Positions 19,401 through 33,800 of a stretch of 64,000 bases of DNA are shown piece after piece. This DNA comes from Lingula anatina. Taxonomy: Eukaryota > Animalia > Brachiopoda. The position numbers and the translations under genes are program-made. Numbering within the stretch: the stretch's first letter is position 1; each line of letters starts with the position of its first letter. The stretch is from NCBI GenBank assembly GCA_051362555.1, contig CM120643.1, positions 682,001 through 746,000 of the forward strand, written 5' to 3'. The notes under the pieces were generated by a model. It did not search any database, was not told the origin of the DNA, and worked only from the letters and a program-made list of their open reading frames with translations.

Positions 19401-22400
19401 TTTATGATTCTTCTTCTTTTAAACATGGGGACAAGTCATGCTGCAACATGTACCTTGTCAAACCCTTTCCTAAACACTTCAACATAAGACGGGTGCAAAA
19501 GATACATACAGTACTCCTACCTTAAATCATAAAATATCAAAACCTAGAAAACTTTTAACATCCACATTCAAACATCCACATTCCTGGCAGATAGGGGGAC
19601 TACACACCTCTCCCGCACAGACATCAAAGTTCAGGGTGACAGAAGAGTTTTACAAACAAGCAAGCATCAAGCCATCTTTAGCAGTACCAAACCAAGGCAA
19701 ATAAAGTGCAAATTAAGCTAGACATGGAAGCTGAAAGTACTGGTACATGTATGTCCCATATGAAAGCAGGCTACACAAAGCTAACTTTGGAAGATACAAT
19801 GTTGTGCTGAAAATTTTATAATGCCATAAAGCTAATATTTCAAAATGATGATCATTAGAAAAACAATAGACAAACAAGCATGCCTCAATTCCCCATAAAT
19901 ACGATAAATTATTAGTCAAAAATGGAAATTGTTTGAAAGACAAAGCCACAACAAAATTGCCTATTGTGGGATAGAAATTCAGCCAATTATTACGAAGAAA
20001 ACAAACCAAAATGAGTTCATAAAGCATACACACCCTGAGTAACAGTTAATCTCTGACTGCCCCCCCCCCCCCCCCCCCGACCTTCTGCCCCTTTTTCATA
20101 GTGAACAAGAACTCTGGTTTGAAGTTTGTGAATTTCTAGCCCTATCACCTATTTACGGAACATCTATAAATGCCAGTCGAATAATCTCACCTACACGTAT
20201 TCTTTAAGTCAGACTCAGAGGTTTGATATGTTGGCATTTCTAACGTACCACTCTCTTGTTCACATCTACAAACATATAAACCAGGAACATATCAAAACAA
20301 GGGGAGAGAGGACCGTATCTCCATATGATAGTGGTGAGAATTGCATTTTTTTTCCTTGATTCAATGAATATGGCGATGAATTGAAATTGATTGGATTGAA
20401 AAATTCCTTTCAAAATCAAATCTAGTCAGAGTTGGCCAAAATTCAAGAGCTTTGTCTTATTATTAAGAGTCAATATTCAAATACATAAAATGTAATACAA
20501 ATCACCTTCTGAGAATAAAAGTTAAAAAAAAAACATTTTCATTTTCTCTTGTCATTTGCAGGGAAGCAAGACTATCTAATATCTAATATCAAACATCTAC
20601 GGGTCTAGGAAAAAGCACAGAGCCCAACCAACATTTGTTCAAACAATCAAAATCAACATCTTATCATTTAAGAGAGCTCTAACAGAGCTTTTGTTGTTAA
20701 TAAACAGTTATGAAATAAACACCAACAAAGAAGAAACCAAAGAGTAAAAAATCAAGATGAAATCTGAGGGAAAAAAGCCCTCACCTGCCCAGAGTCTCTA
20801 ATGTGGACTCCGTGACATCATAGGTTGGCATGACGATATCCCTGGTGTCGTCTGATCCACACCAAGAAAAGACAGGTTGAGGGTTGTCACTGGTCTTTCT
20901 CTTCTCTAAAGGCCAGTCACCAAGGTTGACAAAGAATTCTATGTCAGGGAGCTTCACCTATGGAAAACATTTTAATGTCTTAAAAGAAATAACTACAGGT
21001 ATGTTTGCATTTTCCTCTTTAGACATCAATTTCCCAATAACTTAGAGTTATGGTCATACATTTTTGACAAAAAAAGGAAAGACTGTTTAGACATATAACT
21101 AATGGATAATTATTTACTGTAATAAATATTTATTTATTATAGTAAACAGACTACATATGATGACTTATATACAGAAACGATCTAAAAATATTACAAAACA
21201 GTTATTCTTAATGTTCATTGAAATCTTTCTATTCACTGTTATAGCTCAATGAATTTAAGTTGGACTTATTTATTCTAATGTGTATATTTAATCAAAATCA
21301 TGTTATTACCTTCCTTGTCAAGGACAACAACATGGCATCCATGAACATCTTGAACCCAACATGTTCTCCGTGAGTTTTCCTGTAGATCTAAAAACAAATA
21401 TTCTAAGGTTAATAAAACTTTCATTTCTTGCTTAACAATCATGATTATCTATGAAAAAAATGTAAATGTAAACCTAGTTAATATAAGGTTGTACTTCCAT
21501 TTAAGATGTGATGGACTGACTTATATCAGAATGCAAAGACTCAGTGGATTACAATTTCTACCCGTGTTTCCAGTCAAGTTAGGTCATCCCAACCCAAAGT
21601 GGGTTCTTATGGTGAACTACTATCAGTCATCATCTGCCAGTCTGCTGAGATGAGCCAAGCCAGACTGATTCATCCCAACTTGAATGAAAACACGCCTCAA
21701 CCCTATTTCCAGTTTATAAGGTCCCCTGAGAAAATTTGTCTCATTTACGTTTACTTACGTACAATCTGACCTCATTTAATGTTTACTTACGTACAATCTG
21801 ACCTCATTTAATGTTTACTTACGTACAATCTGACCTCATTTAATGTTTACTTACGTACAATCTGACCTCATTTAATGTTTACTTACTTACAATCTGACCT
21901 CATTTAATGTTTACTTACTTACAATCTGACCTCATTTAATGTTTACTTACGTACAATCTGACCTCATTTAATGTTTACTTACTTACAATCTGACCTCATT
22001 TAATGTTTACTTACTTACAATCTGACCTCATTTAATGTTTACTTACGTACAATCTGACCTAAAACATGTTTTTCTCTTTTAATAAAAAATGTTCTTAGTC
22101 TGTTAAAGGACATTCTGAGGGACTTCCTAAAAACACTTCTCGAAGTGTTACATTCATTACAGAACAACATTAGAACTGTAAAAAATACACCAAATGTTCT
22201 TCTTTAGAATAGAATAGAATGAGAACCGTAAGTGAACGTTAAATGAGACAAATTTTCGCAGGGGATGTGATCTCATACCTTCTCATACCTTCTTGACCAC
22301 ATAGTGACACAAGCTAAAGCTGCCACGCTGACTAAATCTAGACATAAGACACCACATCCAGTTTATAAGATGTGATCTCATACCTTGTTATTCTTGACCA

Positions 22401-23185
22401 CATAGTGACACAAGCTAAAGCTGCCACGCTGACTAAATCTAGACACGAGATCTTTTTCCACCTTCTCCATGTCAATGTTCTTGTACAGGGACAGATCCTG
22501 CTTTATCTGTCGGTAACTCTTAGGACACTGCATCTTGGTCAGCCATTTGTCCACTTTGCCAACTGGACAGTAGCATTTTTCATGATAAATTAATCCTGTA
22601 TTTAATAAATTAAAATAAATTCATGAACATGAGTAATTAAAATTCATACTATATCAGTATTATTAATTTTATGGCAGTGAAAAACCTTAAATGATTAAAG
22701 TACTGAAGCATACATTTTCAGTAGTCTAGCAGGAAGGAGTCTGCCATTTAGTGAAAAAGTCTGAGAATATGGTGGGGGGTCCCCTGGTTTTTACTGCAGA
22801 TCTGTATCCATCTCAAAAATGATATTTTTGGCTAAAAAAAGTCAGAAATCTGCCCATAGTCAGAAAAACTCCACCCCTGATACAAAATGTATTGAAATCA
22901 ATGAAATAAAATAAAGTTTATGTATGTGTACAATCTGTAAGATATATTTTCAATAACTATAATGTTGGCAACAGAGCTCATTTTACTGACCAATGACTTT
23001 TGAATGATTTCTAAGCATTGCAAATTCAATTCTAATTGTCTTTCTATTACTTTTTGTTTACTAATTATTTGTTTGATATTAACATTTCAAACTTGACAAT
23101 GATCATTATTATTATAACAATTATTATTTCACTTTTATATCACTTTGAAGAGCTCTGACAGAATCCAATTTCTGATGTATATTTT

Positions 23186-23225
<40 letters not shown>

Positions 23226-23690
23226 ATAGTAAATTATTACTCCTACAACCACTGTATCTGAAGACATAACTTATCTTTGTTGGTTATGTCAGGCAATGCA
23301 GCATTGGAAAGGGGAAGGGGTGAGGCAGGGGGGGAGAAGGGGGCGGAGGAGGGTACACATGACATCAGGATGTGACTACATTCTACATCATGTGCCACAG
23401 GTAAGCTGATACTATCTACAACAGCCAAGATGTAATGAAAGATCCCTTCATGTGACACTGGAAGTATGCAGTGTGTCTGTCTCATGTCTACCCAGAGGCT
23501 GCACTATAATTGCTCAATATTTGACAGACCTAGATATAGCTAGTATCTTTAGAGATAGGTCCTTTTTTCTTAAAAAGTGGACTTTTTTTACCCCCTAAGG
23601 TGACCCCATTTGAAAAATGGCACTGAAGCTGTTCAAAGATCAAGATTTGGTTGAGAACAGACTCTTTTTCACCAAAAAGGTGCCCCCCCC

Positions 23691-23726
<36 letters not shown>

Positions 23727-26700
23727 GATCAACCCTGTCTTTGGGCAACTGTGATGCAGTACTGTTTGCCAAAACTTCTCTATGATAAGAATAAAAGTAA
23801 TTTTTCTTCAATCAACAGCTAATATTGAAATAGTTAATCTCCAATATTTCTCTTAGATAACTCTAATAGTACTGCATCACTGTATGTCTGTGATTATTCA
23901 TCAGTATTGTACAAAACATAGTATTAAACAAACTTGACTGCGTTATTCGCCTGGCCAGGCATTCCAGATACAGCGTATGGGAAGGTGAAAATAAAGAGAG
24001 AGTACTTCAGCCCCCAGGCAAGGCCTGAGGGTATGGGACAATAATATAGACACATTTATGATTATACTTAAAGTTAAACTATGGTTTATATTCATGAATC
24101 CAATGAACAGATTAATTTTTCACATTCAATCAACATGTGATGAAAACATATTATTGTATTATATTCTTGTGGCAGGTTTGAAAAATATCAAAATATCTTT
24201 ACAGGAAATAATTAACAACATACGTGTACAAGCAGTGTGAGAGTCTGGGTTGATGCAAACAAAGTCTGTTCACTTCTGCTGAGGCTTTTTGTTCTCAGAT
24301 GTTATTGCATTTTTAATACTACAAGTATCCAACAAACAATGCATGTCCACAATAAGAAAATATGAAATACTGGTTATGCAGGTTTGTCTAATATTCTACT
24401 TAGGAACCATCTCAAATGGTCACATTCTCTCTTAATTAATTCCTCTTGTCTTCTCAATGCATTAAAGATACTATGAAAAAACAAAACCTGTCACAAGTTT
24501 TTTTAATTTTTATTTCAAGAAAACACTTTTTACCATGCTTTTTTAAAAGTGACATTCAAGTAAAAGCCTGTATACATGCCTTCAAAAGTTCCTTAAACTG
24601 TCTCTGAAAAAATTTAATTATCTTTTGTCAATAGCTTTATTACTCAAACAGCTTATTTTTCATATCATCTCCTGGACTGATAACTTATAATATTAACACA
24701 ATTTTATCACCAACAAAGACCTACCTTTTAAAAGATACGGGGAGTCTGCCACATGTTTCCCGTTATAAGTGACCTCCACCTGGACATCTTTGACTGTGTT
24801 GAACAATTTGTAGCGGACCAGAAAAGTCCCGTCATTTCTGTCCAGCACCTGCGGCCAGCCTCGGACACGGGCTCCGCTGGGACTGTTAATATTGATCTTG
24901 AACACATCTCCTGGGCTGTCTGTTAAACTGGAAAGATTTTGTCAAAAGATCTTATTCCTGAATAATGGAGCAAGCATATTAGTTTCTCATGTACCCTCCT
25001 TTATATGACCATACATATTCTGAGCATACAGTCACATAAACACCACCCTGAGCTTCAGAGCTAACTTGACACTAACCTCTTCACTGTAGCCTATCTTCAT
25101 CGTGTCAAGTAACCTCTGACCAGATTCGATTGCCTCCGCCGCCCGCCAATCAAATTTAAAAGCCCGCACTCAATGACTCATTAAACGATCTAGCCAATGA
25201 ACGCGAACGAGTCAAAGCGCGCTTTGTTCAAATCCGGACCAATCAAAGATAAGGCTGAATATCAGGGACTTGCCGTAATCTGTGGGCAGCACGCAAATAA
25301 CGTCGTCTCTCAGTAGATAATGATGCAGGGCCTCAAACTGCTAGACCCTATGGTTTCAATTCCGATTTACTCATATTTTGCAAAGAATCAAGAGATAACT
25401 TAACACATTCTTTTTCGTAGTCACTCGCCTTGCTTTCTTTGTGTACGGTAATACACTCGGAACTACTCGGATGTCTCCGCACTCGACAATAACTTTGTTG
25501 TTAGTATGGAGCTTGCGGAATCAGCCGAGGATTGCCGATTGACGGTCAACCAATCAGCGTTTTCACCAAACTTTGGTGAAAAATTTTGAAACATGGATTT
25601 GATTGGCTCATATAAACTAGGTCAAACTATTTTCGTCAGAGGTTACTTGACACGATGAAGATAGGCTACAGTGAAGAGGTTAGTGTCAAGTTAGCTCTGA
25701 AGCTCAGGGTGCATAAACACATAAAAGCTGAAATTTTCTTGTTTCTTGGAGCTGCACAATTTCATGTCATTTGTAATATTTCAAAACTTAATTTACTTCA
25801 TTTCATGAAAATTCTTTTAAGAATGCTTAAAAAAAAAAGGAGCCAAAAAATTAATTAGAAAGATCATATCATGTATGTAATGCAAATATTTGCCCATTTT
25901 GGTATCATCTGCTGTGTTTAATAATAAAGGGAGAAATCATATTTTAGACTCACATTACATGTATAAATTGCTTCTTGTTGAACTTATCTGAGGACCAGTA
26001 ATAATTTTAGATCAATTTTTAACAGACAAATGCCATGAATTAATATCACCAAGAATAATCTACTTTATCACTTCCTGACAAACTTTGTCATCTGTCCACC
26101 ATCTTCAAACATTTTTTCATTGCAGACAACCCAGAAGTTTGCATTTAAAATGATGAGGGCATTTGAAAAAGGTCTTTTCCATTTTCCCATGAATCTTTTG
26201 GGTGAGTATCAAGATAGGAGAGTCAAAGGTTGGTTAGTCAGAGAAAAACATTGTTTATCCCAAGAAAATTTGTTTAGCATTTTTTTTTTTTTTTGGGGGG
26301 GGGGGGGGATCTTATTCTGTGTATCTTTGATTTATCTGCAATAAGCATCATCAAAGCAGTAGGTTGGGCAAATTAGCAAATGTGGTAAAAGATGTTTGTG
26401 AAATGTATTCAATTTCTACAAGCTACTGTACATTCTCATATGGGAATGGCTAAAGATGTATGGGAAAACACAGTGAGGAAGTGGTGTTGGGGGGGGGGTT
26501 CTGTTGTGAATATTCACATATTCACCAGAAGGAGGAATTTGTTCCATGAAAAGGTTAAACTTGAGGTTAGATCAAACTTTCATAAATGTACATAATTCTA
26601 AACAAAGTGCTAGAATAAATTTTTAGTAGCAATACTTGAATAACAAATAACCCATGTTAATTAGGCATTATTCGACTATGATATAACTGAATATTATACA

Positions 26701-28952
26701 TTTTATGGTTTTCTTATTTAAGAAGACCATCTATTTCTAGCAGAGACTGACTCCAAAATTTGAATAAATATGGCACATCAAAGCCTGCCCAGGGAGTATA
26801 TCATAGTGTGCTTTGACAAATCACTGACATTCCCATCCATTCATTTTCACAAGAGAAGGAAATGACATAAGATATATATACACATTACTATCAGAAGAGA
26901 AGCCACTCACATACATGAAAATATTAACCCATTTTCTTATCAAAATGTGCTTTACAACACAAAGAAACCCCATTAAATGTTTAGAAGTGCTGCTTGAGAA
27001 AACTATGTAGTACTTCACTCCTTGATTCAAGTGTGATCCTTTAAAAATAATACTCAACAATGCCATTAAGAAGTTAACGGTCAAACTGACCGCAGACATC
27101 AGTTATCTTTATATGTACAGTACTGAAGTTGAACTGATGTGTACAATCTGAGAATGTATACTAATCAGTGGCCAGCTTTCTATGCATGACATGACGGGGG
27201 GGGGGGGGGGGGAGGGTAATATATGGCCATTGTGATCAAAAATGTGCGTTTTCAAAAAGAAATCAGGCCGTGAGAGAGAGAGAGAGAGAGAGAGTAAGAG
27301 CACTTAAGGACATAATCCAGGCTTGTTGACTACTTTCATCTGGTTTTTGTGGTCCAAGTACATTAAAGTCACATTACAATTCACAAATTTGCCTCAAATT
27401 CTCATATTTCACCTGAAGTCTTTCAAAACGAAATGGCGGCTAACCACAAAACCATTTTATCTGAGATCTGTAAAATATGGTCGCGTCTAGACGCCTCCAC
27501 CTCGCTGTCAACTTGTTATTACTCCTGCAACATGGTTACCACTGAATTAATTATCATAAACAAACCAGTGTTTGACTGCAATAAAATTGCCAGTTTCTTT
27601 GTTCTAATAGTATTATTTATTAATATTTCAGGGCAAACAAGTACTTATTTGTATTTCTCTCTATTCAGATTCTAAGACCCCATTTCATAGATTTTGGATC
27701 GATCTATCCCTGTGGGGAGTCTCACTAGATTACTGTCAGCTTAGCCGGCTTAAGCGTCTGTCCTGCCTACTGAAAGCTGTAAGGGGGTAATTAACTATGG
27801 TGCGCACTCAGCTGACTGCAATTTAGCGTGAACCCCCAGGGAGTTAGGTCGACCTAAATGTTAATCCCTGGATCGATCTAAATCTCTGGGAATACACCTT
27901 AAGATTTTGAACAAACATTTTATTAATTACTATTTACTGACTTCATGCTTAATTCATCAGTGAAATATTGCCTTAAACGCTTTGTGACATGACAAAGTTC
28001 TGTGTGTTATTCAAATATTTCTATTTTGCACAAAAAACTCCTTTAAATGAAGTTTGTTAACCTTTGCAATGTGCATATGTACATTTACAAATCCATTTCC
28101 ATTCATTTTAATATTTATTTACATATTTTCATTTTACCAATTTTTTTATGTAAAACAGCTTACTAGTATTCCTATCGTATAATACCACACAACCACAAGA
28201 AACTTCTTTGTTGGTTGCTTAAAACTAAGAGCTCCAATTATTTTTCAATGGAATTACTAGCCTTAGTTAAAAACTGCACTTTATAAGAAGGTGAAAAAGC
28301 AAGAAATGCACAAACTTCTCATTTACAATAAGGTACTAGCTAGCATGTGAAACAAATGCTATCTTAATTGAAATGTATGCATTATGATTTTGGCAGTTGG
28401 GGGGGGGGGGGGGGGGAGTTGGAGGGGTAGGGAGAATTGATTTGGAACTTTGTAGGCTTATGGTCAGTAAACATTAAATCTTATGATTTTCCCACCAGAA
28501 TCCAACAAACCGTCAAAGGGACAAAGACGATAATAATTTATTGTCCCAACCAACAATGGAAAAATTCATCCACGTAATTAATGCACTGACCAAACACTGT
28601 GGGTGTCTCAGACATCAAGTTGGAGGTCCTCACTTCTTAAAAGAACATCTATCTTTATTCTTAAGACATAACTATTAATTTCATTTAAGTGCATTCAAGT
28701 GGGAGGAAATCTTAAAATAATCGTTGAGCGTTTATATGGTAGACATTTTATATAAACAAGGAAATAGCAAAAAAGCGATATGTGAATATATATGGGGAAA
28801 AATTCTATTCAGCACTTGTTTTTTTTTTTTTAATATATTTCACTTTGACACAGTGTGAGTGGCTAAAATTAACAGCGCTAAATTACAGTGCTAGTACAGT
28901 AAATGAGACAAAACAAGAAGCCAGAAAACATGGGAATGGTAGCACCTGGATC

Positions 28953-28984
<32 letters not shown>

Positions 28985-29307
28985 CTCTCTCCCTCGAGCA
29001 CATCCTCTTCCAATAAAGTGAATTAGTTAACGAGTGCAAATCTTACTTACTCTTACTCTAAGACTGACGATACTTAAAATTTAAAAACAAATAAGGAAAT
29101 ATGAAGAGGTACTTACTTCACGCCATCAGTGCCCACGGCTTGTATATAGAAATAACGAACGGGCACTACAATCTCTGCCTCTAAACCGGGGCCCCAGATT
29201 TTGCTTTCACTAGGACTAACTTCGATTATTTCTGCCGACTTTGCCTCATGAAAGAGAACATCAGTTAACGAGCACAAAATCACAAGACTGATGAAGCGTG
29301 GGATCAT
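16406..29307 (-). CDS. POGLUT2: Protein O-glucosyltransferase 2/3 (KDELC) homolog: signal peptide, filamin-like repeat, CAP10/GT90 domain and C-terminal KDEL, ~513 aa
   Basis: Exons 29307-29117, 24927-24725, 22595-22384, 21387-21310, 20957-20785, 18950-18713, 18455-18246, 17604-17515, 16851-16726, 16426-16406 (NKKDEL*). Motifs IWGPGL...[61 protein letters not shown]. It is probably co-orthologous to vertebrate POGLUT2 and POGLUT3. Confidence 0.95.
18068..18260 (-). repeat. 39-bp x4 (plus one degenerate copy) tandem repeat spanning the donor of POGLUT exon 18455-18246
   Basis: Top-strand cttac (GTAAG on the minus strand) ends at 18128, 18167, 18206 and 18245; each unit carries ~15 nt of exon end. 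Confidence 0.92.
18961..19158 (-). repeat. 42-bp x~5 tandem repeat abutting the acceptor of POGLUT exon 18950-18713
   Basis: agaacagtggtgacatctattgtcatgtgtttaggttatgtg starts at 18961, 19003, 19045, 19087 and 19129; the array ends ~9 nt from the AG at 18952-18951. Confidence 0.92.
21723..22264. mobile_element. CMC/EnSpm-like MITE (CCCCTG...CAGGGG) with an internal 32-bp x~10 tandem expansion
   Basis: TIRs cccctgagaaaatttgtctcattta / taaatgagacaaattttcgcagggg; same family as 42937-43176. Internal unit gtttacttacgtacaatctgacctcatttaat, ~21740-22060. The superfamily call rests on CCC termini and a 2-bp TSD (inference). Confidence 0.8.
22265..22445 (-). repeat. Duplication of the 3' end and donor of POGLUT exon 22595-22384
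   Basis: 22265-22344 repeats 22370-22445 (~55 nt of exon plus donor gtatgag). The donor is doubled again inside the copy. Confidence 0.9.
25044..25711. mobile_element. Non-autonomous TIR element (668 bp) with perfect 77-bp TIRs and a 9-bp TSD; Mutator-like
   Basis: TIRs 25044-25120 and 25635-25711; TSD cataaacac at 25035-25043 and 25712-25720. Confidence 0.92.
27676..27898. mobile_element. PIF/Harbinger-like MITE, copy 1
   Basis: Imperfect TIRs, flanked by taa/tta; highly similar to the copy at 33437-33662. Confidence 0.8.
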
Positions 29308-32300
29308 GATGGCGACACTGACACGACAGTACTCTGGCCACTGAAACTGACATGAGTACAGTGCGCTTGCTTTGACAACTAATTAGGTCATGACTTCCGG
29401 CATTTCACATTCTCGCCATCTATTGGGTACAAATGTAACTACATGTATTTTAATTCCTTGCAAGAGATACATTTAATAATAATTATTATAATGACAATAT
29501 TTCTATGTCCTGATTTCTATGCAACTGTCCTAATTTTATAACGATTTATTTGAACATATTTTACTAAGATCAACGGCAAAACAATGAGTTATTACATGTG
29601 TCCACATATATTTCTGTTTATTTTCTGAGTGTACATAAAAATATCATACTACACGATTTTCCCAGATCTGGCACAACTCAATATCATTCTAAAAATGGTA
29701 CTTTTTACAGCTTCTTTAGTTCAAGTTTTAAATCCCTTTCAACTGGAATTTTTATGCTCAGGCTGCACACTTTTCCCTTTCAAGTCAACAATTTCAAATA
29801 ATTTCCCACAGCAACGATTTTTATATATTGGCGTGATCCTTAATCTTTACTTAAATCTTTTTCATTCTCACTTTCGTACTTTTAGTTTTCGAGAAACTCC
29901 AAGAAGTAAAAGTAGTCCATGAGCCAAAGGCCAAAAAATCCAATTTGGCTGCACCCCCCGTCAGGCAAAGGTTTTATGATTGATTCTTGTAGTTTAGAAC
30001 CTGAATTTTTCATTTCTGCTTGTTTCCGGCATGAAAAAGTGTCCGTTTGTACCGGAAACAGGCCAAATCCAAGATGGCCGCCAGTAAATTCATGTGTCAA
30101 CTGTAAATACAAAAATTGATTAAAAAGTTACTTAACAACTTAATATTATCAAAATTTGCACTGATCACAAGTACTTTGGCCTTCTTTGATATTTCAGGCA
30201 CTTTACATTTTTCAAGATGGCGACTGAATCCAAGATGGCGGCCATTTTCCTTACTTTTTGTGAAAAAATACAAATACCTAAATTTGAAATTTTTTTTATT
30301 AACCAAAAATTAGGAATATTTTACATGTTTTGATGTATTTGAATAAGTTGAAGTCTATATTTTTAATTTTTACCAGTTAATTTATCACAAAATTGTACAT
30401 TTGAACACAGATGGCTCTAATCCAAGATGTCCACCACATAAAATGGGCTTTTTGTTTTGATATGTCAACAAGCCTTTCTCAGTATAAAACATCTCTGACT
30501 ACTTAATGGAGGATTTATTGCACAGGTCATGGTATGAAATGTATGACTGAATTATTTAAATTGTTTTGAGATTTTGTTCAGGGTATAAAAATCCAAAATG
30601 GCCGCCAATTTCTGGATTCAAAACGTACATTATTTTGATTTGCATGTTAAAAAACATTAATTGAATAATAAGTAAATTAAAAACATTTATTTTTTGATAA
30701 ATTTATCTGTATTGAAATTTCATTTTGCTTCTTAGAAACTTTATTCAGCCAAAAAGTGGTTAATTTTTCTTCATTTATCATGATTCCAAGTTTGCCATTG
30801 ATAAAAATGAACTGCACGCTACCCGTATGGACAATACCACATGTTGTGAGCCTTACTTAAAAGGCTATTTCTGAGCTTTATTGTTCAAGTTATGGAATGG
30901 AATATATAACTGAATGATTCAAAATGGTTTTAAGCTTATAGTTTAGGGTTGAAAAGTCCAAAATGGCCGTCAATTTCTGGATCCAAAACATACATTATTT
31001 TGATTTGCATGTTGAAAAACATCAAATTGAATAATTAGCAAATTAAAGATATTTATTTTTTGATAAATTTATCTGTATTGCAATCTCATTTTGCTTCTTG
31101 GACACTTCATTCTGTCAAAAAGTGATTATTTTTGCTTCATTTATCAAGTTGGCCATTGTTGAAAATGAACTGCAACTACCTGTGTGGACAATACCACGTT
31201 GAGAGCCTTACTAAATTGCGTACACAGTATTTCTGTGCTTTTTTGAACTCATTTTTAAATTACTTTTTATCCTAAATAACTTTTTCTTTGAATTATTTCA
31301 AAGAAACTTTCTCAGATTTTTACATTGCAATTAATATTCAAGATGGCTGCTATTACGTACATTAAATATGCTTACTTATCTGATTCATTACTAATAATAT
31401 ATATAGAGAGAGAAATTAAAGAAACATTATTTTAAAACCACTGTGACGTATATCTTTAATGTATCTTTAACATCCAGGCCTTTCTTGCTACTTTGACCAT
31501 TCATATTTCCTTAAATTAATCATATTTTACTTGATTGCCATAAATCAATGACGGCTACCAATGAAAAAGAGTTGATTATAGTGAGTTGATTATGAACGAA
31601 AGCTTTATGTCTTTCTAGATTTCAAATTGAATGTCTTTTTCATGCAATAATTCATCTACAGTATTGTTTAATTCAGTTCAAAATTTTGGAAGGCTACAGA
31701 ATTGAACAAATGATCCCTTCTGATTTTTTGCCCATAAATTCTCTGTACGTAATGAGAAAAAATCAAACTGCATTGAAAATGAACACAGAAGGCGTACATG
31801 TTTTTGATAAAACTGTATATATTGCAGACTCCTTTTTCCTATTTTGGTATGATTTCGAAGCTTTCTCTATTTAAAATATTTCAAATGTTTCAAATATGAC
31901 AGGATATCCAAGATGGCAACCATACTACTATTAACTGTGAATTCTTACCATAAGCCATCATGTAAATAAAAAAGTAAAAATAATCGAAATCAAATGTTAA
32001 TTCTAAAAAGTTATACATTTAATGAAATTGATTGAATTCCAGTCTCCTTTTGCTAGTAACTAATGGCCAAAAACATCAATAAAGTCAAGATGGGGTGCCA
32101 CTGCAAATGATTTTCAAATAATGAGGCTGGGACAATCATTACGTCAAATATTTCTTGAATACATAATTTTAAAAAGTTAAGACTTTATTAAGAAGTTTAA
32201 TTTTTTTATATTTTAAACCAGTTTCATGTCTACAATATTCAATATGGTCACCACTCAAGTTAAGAGTCTTATGCAGCAATGAATGTCTCAATTTGGTATC

Positions 32301-32559
32301 CATAGTCTTCTAACGTTGGATTCTCTCATGGCTCATCTTTTCCATGTTTTATAAGCAAGTTCTGTTTTAGAATCTACAAGCAAGGGAGGTGTTACAGGGT
32401 TTATGTCAGTATTTCATGGTGATTTTGCTTCAAAGTCTGTTCATTTTGCTGTAGCGAGTTGTTGACCTCTTTAGTCTTTCTTTGAGAGACAATTAGATTT
32501 ATTCTACTTTGCTCTAGAAAATGTTTACTCCTTTGCCAGTGTGTCACTGTGTGGAGTTA

Positions 32560-33800
32560 AACAGGCTGCTTTTGCAAGTTTCAGTCCTTAAGTCTCAACC
32601 ATGGTCTTCCTCTGAGATTGCTACCCAAAACCAATTGGTCAAATAGTACAGGTGACAGCTGTTTTGGGATTTTGCTATGCAACATTCATCTAGTTCACAT
32701 GTCCAAGTCAACTTAGTCTTCTTTAGCACAGAAATGCCTGTTTAAAACTTCTGTAATAGTTACTCTGGCTTGCCTGATGATGCCAAAGGTTGTGTGGAAA
32801 CACCTTTGTTTTAAGAGGGTGAGCCTCTTGCCCTGTGTTCAGGTCTCTGATCCATATACACACATGTATGCGGGAGCTTAGTATGCATGCTTTATTACCT
32901 CTTCTCGGTCACATTTTCACCTTCGCTTGTCCATTTGTTATGGTTTCTCAGATTGTTATCAGCCTAACTCAAAAATTTCAGGATAGACTTAAATGAAGTG
33001 TTCAGGATAGGTCATTTTTTAGGATAAAAGTAAGTAGATTTTGGTGGTGATCTATTTGTTAATTAGTTTATTAAGAAAGTTTGTTTTAGTCTGTGTTTCT
33101 CCAATGTTTGGATCTCCAAATATTTTTTCTCTCAACAAAATAATGTTGGATTTTAAAAGAAATAATGGAACATATTGAGCAGTACCTATCCGTGAAGTGT
33201 AAGAATTACCTGCACCTATATATACATTGTATCATAAACATCATTTGTCATGTTGTGCTTGAACTCCTTCATCGTCACTTACATGTGCCATACATCATTC
33301 ACCATCAATGTACTTCACTTTGCAGCACCACTTCATGAGTTCCCTGACTGTATTATTATCCAGCACTGTTCTCTAAAGAGACAAAAGATGTTCTTGGGGA
33401 TCCAGACATTTTCTTGCAACTTCTTTGCTGGTCTTACACCCCATTTCCATAGATTTTTAGATTGATCTATCCCTGTGGGGAGTCTCACTAGATTACTGTC
33501 AGCTTGGCCGGCTTAAGTGTCTGTCCCGCCTACTAAAAGCTGTAAGGGGGTAATTAACTATGGTGCCCGCTTGGCTGACTGCAATTTAGCGTGAACCCCC
33601 AGAGAGTTAGGTCAATCTAAATCTTAATCTCTAGATCGATCTAAATCTCTGGGAAAGCACCCTTAGTTTATGATAGTGATTACTTCCCGGATTTATACAT
33701 GTAGAATAATGCTACAGCTGCATGTTATCCATCCCTTTTTTTCAGATAAATTAAAGATTTTACCTTTTGGTTGCTTGAGATTAGGATCATTCTGATTCTT
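32560..33800 (-). mobile_element. Highly degenerate RTE-clade LINE reverse-transcriptase remnant nested in the TIR element
   Basis: Minus-strand fragments occur in the expected order: GKIFNLS (~33764-33745), YGSET* (~32856-32839), QRCFHTTFGI, RRLS*LGHV (~32720-32696), KIPKQL, RGRPWLRLKD (~32613-32584). There are many stops and frameshifts. Confidence 0.6.
33437..33662. mobile_element. PIF/Harbinger-like MITE, copy 2 (nested)
   Basis: Same family as 27676-27898; TTA on both flanks. Confidence 0.8.
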
